DNA of 64,000 bases. Origin: an uncultured candidate division Zixibacteria bacterium. GTDB taxonomy: Bacteria; Zixibacteria; MSB-5A5; GN15; FEB-12. Shown piece after piece: positions 32,001 to 40,196 of the stretch. The notes below the pieces were generated by a model. It searched no databases. It was not told the DNA's origin and saw nothing but the letters and a program-made list of their open reading frames with translations. The DNA is taken from NCBI GenBank assembly GCA_963735035.1, contig CAVTJJ010000004.1, forward strand, positions 128,001 through 192,000. Direction: 5' to 3'. A program made the translations under genes and the position numbers. The stretch's first letter is position 1. Every line of letters begins with the position of its first letter.

Positions 32001-33803
32001 CCTGATTTCTACGGCACGCAGCGCCTGGTATCGGTGACGTTCCGTGCCTTCGACGGATTTGCCATCGACAAGGAAGTAGTGCTGATACAGGTCTACGACG
32101 CGGGTAATCAACGGCCGTATTTTGACAGCATCCCACGTCCGACGATGACCGAGGGTGAGACTTTCACTCAGGGTGTCAGCGCCAAAGATCCGGACCGCGA
32201 TGCCCTGACTTTGTCGATTCCCCAGGCCCTTCCGCTTCCGCTCCACGCTTCGTTCATAGACATTGGCAGCGGGCTTGGCGGCATTACCTTTGCCCCGGAC
32301 TTCACCCAGTCCGGAACTTACGATATCTCTGTAGTTGCATCCGATGGCACTCTCGCGGACACTATCGTAGTTACCTTCACAGTGAATGAATTCGGTAACC
32401 ATGCGCCGGTTATGGCGGCGGTCGCCGCCCAGACGGTGGCGGAAGCCGGATTCCTGACATTTAATGTCACGACCACCGATCTCGACGCCGACACCGCCAG
32501 ACTGTGGAGCGGTACCCTCCCGACCAACGCCACGTTTGCAGACAACGCCAACGGCACGGGGACGTTCAGGTTCCAGCCTGACTACACTCAGGCCGGCAGC
32601 TACAATGTAACGATCTTCGCCGCGGACGCGGTTGACACCGTGGAACAAGCGATCGCCATAACGGTGACCGACGTCAATCAAGTGCCGTTCCTCTCCTATG
32701 GTGCGCCTTCGGTTGCAATGTTCGAAATGGACACCCTCGTATATCCTGTATCCTCCTCCGATCCGGACGGCCCGACTCCGTATCTCACGGCCTCTTCGTC
32801 CGGCGGTGCTGCTCTGGCCGCCAACATGACCTTCACGGATAACCGCGATGGCACAGGAGTGTTCAGGTTCGTACCCAGTTGGACCCAAGGCGGGACGATC
32901 GCCAACCCCACTCGCTACTATGTGGTGTTCCGGTGTACTGATAGCGCTTACCCCACGGATTACAGGGAAAGTGAGACTATTACGATCAGGGTCACCGATA
33001 AGAACAAACCTCCGGTTGTCGTCTTCCCGCTGCCTGGCGGCCCCGGTCCGTACACTATTTCTGAAGGTGCCAGCGTAAACTTCTACATAGCCGTTATCGA
33101 TGACGACGCCATCACCGCTCCTCTACTTAGAGCGGAAAATGTCCCGGCCACCAATGCCGTGTTCTCTTACACTCCCACCACTCGCACGGGCGACTTCGAG
33201 TTCAGTCCTGACTTTACCCAGGCCGGTGTGTACTCCATTAGATTCATCGCGACCGATGATCGCGGCGCGGTCGATACCGGGATAGTCGATATCAACGTCC
33301 TGGACGCCGGCAACCAACCCCCCAGCTTTGGATATAATCTGCCGGATACGCTCCTGGTGCCATCAGGCCATGTCTACCAGATCACGCTGTCACCGGCCGA
33401 CCCTGAGAGGGATTCGATAACCGTCACGGCTGATCCCATGTTACCAGGTGCGAGCTGGACTAACTCGGGCAACGGGGACTGGGTTTACAGTTTCACAGCC
33501 GATTCGACTGAGGTCGGGTCCATTTATGAGATCACTTTTATAGTCACCGATTATCCCAGCCAGGCTTCGGCAACGCTCGTGACTCACCCGAGGGTGGTGG
33601 CCTTCCTCAGAGGTGATCTTGACTCGGATAACGTGTATTCAGTCAACGACATAGCATATTTGGTCGAATACCTGTTCCGCGACGGCCCGGCTCCGGCGAT
33701 ACCCGCCGTGGCTGATATCGATGGCAGCGGTAGTGTGTCGATTGGAGATATCTCTTATCTGATATACTACATGTTCCGTAGCGGACCGCAGCCCGCGCCG
33801 TAG
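29076..33803 (+). CDS. Large secreted protein: N-terminal domain, FN3-like, IPT/TIG, multiple Ig repeats, C-terminal dockerin-like (gene F)
   Basis: Alternative GTG start at 29121 after GGAGGT; signal peptide; PIITSIDPTTGSAVGGTLVTVNGSGF (IPT/TIG); RGDLDSDNVYSVNDIAYLVEYLF / ADIDGSGSVSIGDISYLIYYMF. Confidence 0.82.
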   Translation: MAMKRFELNINGGTAVRLSNRMVGITYRLGLALVLVLGLTGSGFAQGSIFGTVSNSNATTPANGEILFVGYLDNTDEEIRIESADGAGYDAGNWFDDFQNYLTEAPGNPYDYHFYNVANNQGFQLSGLIPNNSFQQENVTLASVTWPVVPLGLSGVTVSNTSVVLNWTRVAGLTYHVYRRLAISNGSFFRIDNTAGLLTNPGVANNFFVDNTVSGGNSYAYIIVAQDPSGNFSPHSPVVTVNTAAGDAPIITSIDPTTGSAVGGTLVTVNGSGFDPAGTTVHFGLNSAAATVISPFQLTAVTPAGSVGAAMDVAVVNTSSGLVSNTLLGAFIYAANAAPVLATIGPRSVVEGSLLTFTAAATDVDGVTPVMTALTLPTGATYVNNGNGTGTFAWTPTFTQAGVYNVTFYATDGAVPSAIDSEAVVITVTDFGNHAPVVTPVAEQTVAEAQTLAFQITATDSDLDPITLVATNLPTNATFLDNANGNGNFSFTPNFIQAGIYDVTFTATDPGLGVGTTIVHIVVTNVNQLPVMMPIGGQAGTENVLMTFGVTASDPDGAIPLLSTSVLPGTAVFVDNLNGTGSFSWTPNFAGAGSYNVTFRATDAAFPTAVDSQIVTIVIADAGNQAPVLAAIGPHTVAEGVALDFTVTATDLDATIPTLRAENLPANATLLDHADGTASFSFTPNYTQAGSYNVLFIADDGLLADSETVAITVTESGNVAPVFDPIGDFTLNEGDSLVIPVRVTDPDGGATFPSLSVSTTLYPFTFTDNHDGTGRLVYRSNFYSSGVDTINFFATDHGTPQRTTTAISAVTTVEVNQPPLFVNIAPLGAVVDDSLVFIVQASDSTDPVASHRVILSSLSLPANATFVDNGDGTGRFAFHPTATQVGLNQATFLGVDQGTPQLSATMTVDITVVTENQPPVLTPIGPRVITEGQTLTINLSGSDPDGPAPALLAVGAPVGSTFVDNGNGTAVFTFTPDFYGTQRLVSVTFRAFDGFAIDKEVVLIQVYDAGNQRPYFDSIPRPTMTEGETFTQGVSAKDPDRDALTLSIPQALPLPLHASFIDIGSGLGGITFAPDFTQSGTYDISVVASDGTLADTIVVTFTVNEFGNHAPVMAAVAAQTVAEAGFLTFNVTTTDLDADTARLWSGTLPTNATFADNANGTGTFRFQPDYTQAGSYNVTIFAADAVDTVEQAIAITVTDVNQVPFLSYGAPSVAMFEMDTLVYPVSSSDPDGPTPYLTASSSGGAALAANMTFTDNRDGTGVFRFVPSWTQGGTIANPTRYYVVFRCTDSAYPTDYRESETITIRVTDKNKPPVVVFPLPGGPGPYTISEGASVNFYIAVIDDDAITAPLLRAENVPATNAVFSYTPTTRTGDFEFSPDFTQAGVYSIRFIATDDRGAVDTGIVDINVLDAGNQPPSFGYNLPDTLLVPSGHVYQITLSPADPERDSITVTADPMLPGASWTNSGNGDWVYSFTADSTEVGSIYEITFIVTDYPSQASATLVTHPRVVAFLRGDLDSDNVYSVNDIAYLVEYLFRDGPAPAIPAVADIDGSGSVSIGDISYLIYYMFRSGPQPAP

Positions 33804-33831
33804 GCCGGTCGTAGTTGATTTGAAGTATCAT

Positions 33832-33868
33832 AGAGCCGCGAACACCGTTCGCGGCTCTTCTTGTTTTG
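33832..33868 (+). terminator. Rho-independent terminator
   Basis: AGAGCCGCGAAC-ACC-GTTCGCGGCTCT followed by TCTTGTTTT. Confidence 0.8.
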
Positions 33869-34100
33869 AATAATATCTGCAAATCAAGTCCGGTCTCTGG
33901 ACAACGGAATCCCGCCGTGGGAGTGTGTTGCGCACAACAACTTGCGACACTCTGCCCATGTGTGGTGAGCACCGCGAGGCAGCAATAAGTCGCGTGTTTC
34001 AAGCCCGATTACCTGGGCGAACCGCCGATGATCGGAGCCGTCGAGGCCACCTGCCCAGGGAGTCCGGCTTTCGAACCGCTACGCTGGTACTCAAAACCCC

Positions 34101-34129
34101 TTGACAAATTGTCAATTCGTCTCTACTTT
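34101..34129 (+). promoter_or_regulatory. Putative sigma70 promoter overlapped by the palindrome TTGACAAATTGTCAA
   Basis: TTGACA-17 nt-TACTTT. Confidence 0.55.
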
Positions 34130-34583
34130 CATATTGCTTCAGTCCTCTGACCGTTCTTTCCAGAGGGACTGGATTTGACATCATGAGAGGTTCAGCAAGG
34201 TCCCGCCCTCACTAAATACTTCGGAACCGGCGCCTCTGGTGCTTGTGCCATGAACCACCGACAGCATGCGGTTCTTGACACGTGACCCGCGCAAACGCGC
34301 GTCTGATGTTTGCAGCGACACCTTGGGTTAGACAGCTTTATTGAATGCGCATCGGACCGGCCGTATTTGGGTTACGATGCCTGCAAATGCACCTTATGAG
34401 GTCAATGTGTTCAGGACGAATCAACTGGCAATCGCCAACTAAGGAGGTTATCCGCAACGGAGAGTAACGCCCGCGCGGGACGGACGGACAACAGGGTGTG
34501 CCGCGCGGAACATACAACTAGGGTTAGTTTCTGCGCCGGAGGCGTGGGAACTGAAATGCAGCTAATCTTGAAAGGAAACGAGC

Positions 34584-37500
34584 ATGACGAGGAAAGCACT
34601 ACTTACGTTGTGCGTAGCAGTGCTGTTGTCCGGGTTGCTGACGTTGTCGGCATATGCGGCCACGAATACCAAGGCCGATATCGCTGACGGCAAGCAGCTC
34701 GATAAGATCAACAGCTTTAACGTCGGTCCGTATCCGATGGAAAATCGCGAAGCAGTTTCGTACCGGGCGCCCGAGGCCACAAGTGGCTATGCCCCTTCGC
34801 CACGTATACCGCTCGGATCGGCCGCTTCGCCGAACGTCGGCACCGGTGTGGGTGTCAGTATCGATCTGACCTGGGAAGACGCCCAGTGGACCTGGGGCAG
34901 TGGCCGTCAGATCGCTCACTGGTGGAACGGCGCGACCGACGAAACCGCTGAAGTGAGTGTTCATTTTGTCTATAACGCCAGACCGGATACACTCCCGGCG
35001 TTCCCAAATACAAACGCCGGCTACAACGTTTACGATGCCACGGTGACATCAGGAAACTGGCCGCGCGGCCAGGACATCGGCTGCGATCTGCAGTCCTCTG
35101 ATTCTATCGGTGTCGGTTATGCCTCTAGCATCGACATGACCTTCAACGGTCGGGCGGTCATCGGTTCCAGTGCCCAGCACTTTCGCAGCATCGGTACGGC
35201 GCGTCTGTTTGACAGCTATATCTACTATCAGGGTTCCGAATTCAACTGCACTTACGATCCGCGTTCAAATCTGAACGTTACCTGGATCGATTCGACCGTC
35301 TACCGACCGCTGTTTATCGAAAGGGTCGACGGGAATTACTCGCGCGACCCGCAGGTAAAGACACAGTGGGATGGAACCAATACGATTACCCACCTTCTTC
35401 TGGGTGAGAACTCCGCCAACGGCACAGAGCTGTCAGGAGACGGCTACGTCAGCGACAATGGAACGACAGTCTACTGGACCTGGAACTATTTCCGCAAAGT
35501 CGGCAATACTTCCGCCGGTACCTGGAGTGCCGGTCAAATTATTGACTCGCTGGGTTCCACAGTGTGGACGGAACTTGCGGCTGCCCCCTACCCGAATCAG
35601 GGTGTGGCGGTGGTTTACACCAACCCGACATACTACGGCTGCTTGTTGGAACAAGGCGCCGACGTTGACGTGTGGTGCCGTGAATCATTCAACCGTGGTG
35701 TAAACTGGTCGCCGTCCTACAGCGTTACCAATTACACTAACGCTCTGGCCGGTGATCCGAACCACTTTACTTGCTGGTTGGAAGCCGGTTGTATGTTCGA
35801 CAGCGAAGGCGACTTGCACGTCTACTGGTGTGCCAAGCCGACTTCTGCCGATCCTTATTTTGACGGTTTCAACTGGCAAGATTACGATGAGAACCTGTAT
35901 CACTGGGAAAAGACCAACGATGGGGTCGCTCCTGGCGTGGGCGATGCCGTCAAGGTTGCTAACGGCAACTTCATGAACGACGACATGCTGACCGGCTCGA
36001 TGAACACCTTCCATTGTGGTTTCGGCGGAAGTAACGTTGGTTACCTCGGCTTCTCCACGATGGGTGAGTGCGATGGCAAATTGTATCTGGTCTGGTCGCA
36101 GATTCACGAGCGTGCCAATCGGTACCCGTGGCGCGACGCTGCGACGCAACCGGCCCCGGGCGTGTTGGATGACTGCTCCTACACCGGCAACCGTCAGGCC
36201 ATGGCCAACTGGGAGATCTTGATGTCGGTGGCTCAGTTGAGTTCGTCCTCTCTGTGGGACGCCGCACGTAACATCACCAACACCTATACTCCGAACTGCG
36301 GTTTGGCGGGTGATCCCGATGCCCAGGGGCCATGCGGTTCCGAATGGAAACCGTCGATCGAGCGTCAGGCCCTCGACGAGACCGGTCTGGCTCTGACCTG
36401 GCCGGCCGCGGCCGAAGTCGATATGTCACCGTTGCACGACTATGCCGCCGGTCATTACTTGAACATGGAATACCTGGACGACCAGTTCCCGGGTCCGTAT
36501 AACTGGGCCCGCACCAATCCTCCCGGTACTCAGAACTCCGAGAAGTGGATTCGTCTGGCCTGCGTTGAGCCGGTTGAGGCCTCGCAGATCAACGTGATTC
36601 CTAAATCAGTTGAATGGCCGCAGTGGGTGGGTCTTGGCACGACCAAGAACTTCACCATTACGGTCGTGAACGATGGTAACGTGACTTTGAACGTTACTGA
36701 GATCGGTGTTGCCGGCAACTCCGCGCTGAGTGTTTCAGAGAATCCGACTCCGGGCAGCCCGTTCACAGTGACGGCCGGTGTGGTTCGCACCCGGACGTTC
36801 GACTTGATCGCCAATGCCACCGCTCTTTCGACGAATCAGTGGTTGGACGGCGAGATCTGGCTGAAGTCTGAGGCGGCCAACAACGATTCACTTCCGATTC
36901 TGGTTCGCATTCTGGCCGCGGAAAATGTCGAGGCCACGAAGTGGGATACGGTTACGACCCATGCCAACATGTTCGATCCGTTCTTTGAACCGGTCGGCGC
37001 TTGCGTAGCCCTTGGTGTTGGTAACGACGGTGACCTCGGTTGGGGCGCCGGTTCCAGCGGAGGTATCAATCTCGATTACAGTGAATCCGGTAGCGAGTGC
37101 GGGACTCGTCAGCGCGACGCGATCTACTTGTCGAGCGGTACGCCGTTCACTTTGATGGCGACTGGTTCGACTGGTACCGGCGCAGAATTGACGCAGGTGA
37201 CGAACGACGCCAACCAGGCGGACGAAACCGGTTTCGACCCGACCCCGGAGAAGACCATGACCGGAGGTCTGGCGGCGAGCGGCAAGTACGACTCGACTTA
37301 CACGGGTAAGTTCGTTAACCGCGACACGACCATCGCTTTTGAGCGCGTTGTGTACGGTCCGCGTTCCGCCACGCCGGCGACTTCGACCATCAACTTCGTG
37401 ATTGTCCACACCTGGGTCTATTCGGCTGACGGTGCGGCCCACAATCACGTCACCATTGGTGATGTCCTTGACTGGGATGTCCCGGCCGACAGCGCTCCGC

Positions 37501-38285
37501 TGAACACGACCGGTGTTTCCAGTGCTGGCTTCGTTTATGTTCAGGGTACTGACACGGTTCTTCACAATGCGTGTCAGACAAACTTGAACCGGTTTGCCAC
37601 TGAGGCTTTTGGTGGCGGTTACACCAAGGCTCAGTTCAATGCCGACCCGTGCGTGAACGATTCCACCGCCTATTTCAGTCTGAATGCGGCCGACCAGGCG
37701 ATTATGGTCGACACGACGCATTATCGTAATGGCACGCCTCTCGTCCCGGCCCAGCCGAACCCGACGCTTTGGTGGGATGTGACGAAGGTATCGGGCCTGA
37801 ACGCCGATGCTTCGACTCAGGATCAGGCCGTCTGGTTGACCTACAAGCAGGATTACAACTTGCTGGCCAGCGACACGCTGCACTATTGGACCGTTATGAC
37901 TACGGTTCGCAATGGTTCGTTGTCTGATCTGGAAGCTCAGGTTGCCTATGCCAAGAACTGGTACAAGGAAATTCGAGGCTGCGTACCCATAAATCCGGCC
38001 TGCTGTATAGGGAAGGTCGGCAACGCCAACGGTACTGGCGGCGAGACTCCGACGATCGGTGACATCAGCGTGATGATCGATGCCAAGTTCATCAGCGGTG
38101 CCTGTATATCTTCGGGTCCGGGTGCCAACATCGTTTGTCTAGGTGAAGCTGACATGAACCTGTCCGGTGGACTTCACCCGACCTGTGGATCCATTACGAT
38201 CGGTGACATTTCGCTGTTGATCGACTGTCTGTTCATTACAGGCGAGCCGCCGTTCGTTCGCAGCACCTGTATGTCGGTGGACTAG
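34584..38285 (+). CDS. Large secreted Cys-rich protein with probable beta-propeller-like and Ig-like regions and a C-terminal Cys-flanked dockerin-like domain (gene G)
   Basis: Signal peptide; Asp-box-like ESFNRGVNWS; FTITVVNDGNVTLNVTEI (ASH-like Ig); CCIGKVGNANG..TIGDISVMID / EADMNLSGG..ITIGDISLLIDCLFITG. Confidence 0.75.
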   Translation: MTRKALLTLCVAVLLSGLLTLSAYAATNTKADIADGKQLDKINSFNVGPYPMENREAVSYRAPEATSGYAPSPRIPLGSAASPNVGTGVGVSIDLTWEDAQWTWGSGRQIAHWWNGATDETAEVSVHFVYNARPDTLPAFPNTNAGYNVYDATVTSGNWPRGQDIGCDLQSSDSIGVGYASSIDMTFNGRAVIGSSAQHFRSIGTARLFDSYIYYQGSEFNCTYDPRSNLNVTWIDSTVYRPLFIERVDGNYSRDPQVKTQWDGTNTITHLLLGENSANGTELSGDGYVSDNGTTVYWTWNYFRKVGNTSAGTWSAGQIIDSLGSTVWTELAAAPYPNQGVAVVYTNPTYYGCLLEQGADVDVWCRESFNRGVNWSPSYSVTNYTNALAGDPNHFTCWLEAGCMFDSEGDLHVYWCAKPTSADPYFDGFNWQDYDENLYHWEKTNDGVAPGVGDAVKVANGNFMNDDMLTGSMNTFHCGFGGSNVGYLGFSTMGECDGKLYLVWSQIHERANRYPWRDAATQPAPGVLDDCSYTGNRQAMANWEILMSVAQLSSSSLWDAARNITNTYTPNCGLAGDPDAQGPCGSEWKPSIERQALDETGLALTWPAAAEVDMSPLHDYAAGHYLNMEYLDDQFPGPYNWARTNPPGTQNSEKWIRLACVEPVEASQINVIPKSVEWPQWVGLGTTKNFTITVVNDGNVTLNVTEIGVAGNSALSVSENPTPGSPFTVTAGVVRTRTFDLIANATALSTNQWLDGEIWLKSEAANNDSLPILVRILAAENVEATKWDTVTTHANMFDPFFEPVGACVALGVGNDGDLGWGAGSSGGINLDYSESGSECGTRQRDAIYLSSGTPFTLMATGSTGTGAELTQVTNDANQADETGFDPTPEKTMTGGLAASGKYDSTYTGKFVNRDTTIAFERVVYGPRSATPATSTINFVIVHTWVYSADGAAHNHVTIGDVLDWDVPADSAPLNTTGVSSAGFVYVQGTDTVLHNACQTNLNRFATEAFGGGYTKAQFNADPCVNDSTAYFSLNAADQAIMVDTTHYRNGTPLVPAQPNPTLWWDVTKVSGLNADASTQDQAVWLTYKQDYNLLASDTLHYWTVMTTVRNGSLSDLEAQVAYAKNWYKEIRGCVPINPACCIGKVGNANGTGGETPTIGDISVMIDAKFISGACISSGPGANIVCLGEADMNLSGGLHPTCGSITIGDISLLIDCLFITGEPPFVRSTCMSVD

Positions 38286-38326
38286 AATCGACCTCGCGAA
38301 GTCTTTGACTTCCCAAGGCTGAATCA

Positions 38327-38362
38327 GGGCGGTCACCCCACGGGGTGGCCGCCTTAATTTTT
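38327..38362 (+). terminator. Rho-independent terminator
   Basis: GGCGGTCACCCC-AC-GGGGTGGCCGCC followed by TTAATTTTT. Confidence 0.75.
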
Positions 38363-38786
38363 TGCCACCAACTGTTCGCGCAGGCCCAAAAAGAGAGCCC
38401 CGGCGGGATGCCAGGCGAGAGGCTGAATTGGGCAAAACGCATCGTTTGCGACCAACCCCGCAACCCCATGCCGGACAAGGGGGGCGCTAAAGTTAGCGGC
38501 GATTTCGGCTCAACCAGTGCCGGCCAGGCTCAAAATGAGGGTGTGGCACAGTGGCTTATGTCTTTCGGGCCCCCCTTTTTTGATTGACTCCGAGTGCAGT
38601 TTTCGGTTGACTGACTGGTTCCAGCCGCCTATTTTTCAGGTGGTGGTGAACATTCGTGTTCTTCTATGCCTGTCCTGTCTACAGACAAGTTGGTCGGGCG
38701 GCGTAAGATACAAGGGTGGATTCACAAAGATTGAACAGATAAATAAGAGAGACGTTATATAAATGAATGGATGCGTTGAACGAGAT

Positions 38787-38991
38787 GAAAGGAGGACGTC
38801 AGAGAGAGGAATTTGCTAACGATTACTAATGTTTAGCTTTCGCTCTTGTTCGCGATCTCAGCGGCTCTGACCGTCTGGCTCTCAGGTTGCACAAGAGGTG
38901 CGAAACCCCGAGAGAAATATTGAGTGGACAGTTAGACACGATGACATTTATGGTAGGCAAAAGAATGCGATTCATATTAGGAGAGCAAGAG
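38787..38991 (+). promoter_or_regulatory. Conserved putative structured 5' leader, copy 2
   Basis: Homologous to 8353-8555. Confidence 0.6.
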
Positions 38992-39991
38992 ATGAGGAAA
39001 CTTTCATTTTTCCTTACGTTCGCCATGGTGCTAGGCCTTGCGTGCGGTGCGTTTGCTCAGACACATTACGGTATTGTTTCCGTTGATAGTGTCACAAACC
39101 CCGGCGTGGTTGACCCGGTCAATCACCTTATGTGCAACGATGGCACTACACACACAATTTACATCCGGTTCAATTTCCTCGCGAGTCCGAACGACGCCTT
39201 CTGGGGAACCTCGAATGGGTGGCAGCTTTATTCACCGGACGGCGCCAATTGGGTTAATCTTCTGCGTGGTGACGGTCCTCTGGTCACCGCTCTAGGTTCT
39301 GGCGTGACCAGGTACCGTAAGTATTACAAGTCGGCCAACAACGGCGCGACTTTCACTCAGACGGGTGGCCCGCCGCTTGGTTCAGCTCAGCCGGGCCCAA
39401 GCACTGGTCCCAACGACCGTGTTGGCTACATGTTTGCCACATTGTCGTCGGATGGTTCCGACGGTTTCACTGGTGGTGTCTCCAACGATATCGCTGTGAC
39501 CCTGACGTTCTACTCAATTTCGGCTGACTCCGGCAAGACGATGTGCTTTGACTCAGCCTCGACCTTTGTAGCTTGGGAATGGCCGGCGGCTATAACCGGT
39601 TCCGACTTCCCGCTGTGGGATAATGGCCTGGGTGTCAGCGGCCCGCGTTGCTGGACTCTGGAAATGTACTCGCCGCAGTCGGTTGAAGAGATCGGTAGCG
39701 GCGACTTGCCGACGAGCTACGGCCTGACGCAGAATTATCCGAACCCCTTCAACCCCTCGACTAGATTCGACTTCGCGCTCCCGAAAGCCTCGCAGTCGAC
39801 TTGACCATTTACAATGTCCTGGGCCAGAGGGTCATCACACTGATCAGGACAAAGAATTGCCGGCCGGCAACTATCGTGAGACCTGGAATGGTAATTCTGA
39901 AGGTGGTGCCGACGTTGCTTCCGGTATCTACTTCTATCGCCTGACCGCAGGTGACTTTGTTTCTACTAAGAAGATGATGCTGCTGAAGTAG
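38992..39991 (+). CDS. Short paralog of gene B: N-terminal domain fused directly to a CTD, with two apparent frameshifts in the CTD (gene H)
   Basis: Same signal peptide start MRKLSFFLTFA; shared YSPDGANWVNLLRGDGP and GSDFPLWDNGLGVSGPRC. After indels at ~39795 and ~39846 it reads VDLTIYNVLGQ...SGIYFYRLTAGDFVSTKKMMLLK-stop. Confidence 0.75.
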
Positions 39992-40012
39992 CTTTTGTAG
40001 TACTGATTATTA

Positions 40013-40042
40013 GAACCCCCGGTTCAGCCGGGGGTTTTTTTT
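40013..40042 (+). terminator. Rho-independent terminator
   Basis: AACCCCCGG-TTCAG-CCGGGGGTT followed by a T run. Confidence 0.85.
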
Positions 40043-40196
40043 GCTCTGATGGCCGGATCAGGTCTAATCTCAATTTGTAAGGTATTGAGGATTAAGGCGT
40101 TACGCGAATTTTATTGACTTTTATGCCCCCGTTCCGTATCCTTATACCTTACGTTATCAGAGTCTCAAGTTAAGTCATTGATACATAAAGGCTTAT

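Noticed and set aside
31647..32888. Long antisense ORFs (also 36888..37883, 41103..42017, 15417..16238 and the many repeats opposite gene E)
   Set aside because: Shadow frames of GC-rich coding genes on the other strand; no RBS or recognisable motifs.
7101..39991. A true cellulosome or polysaccharide utilisation locus
   Set aside because: No glycoside hydrolase, CBM3 or SusC/SusD motifs were recognised in the cluster, and the neighbouring GH35-like protein has neither signal peptide nor dockerin.
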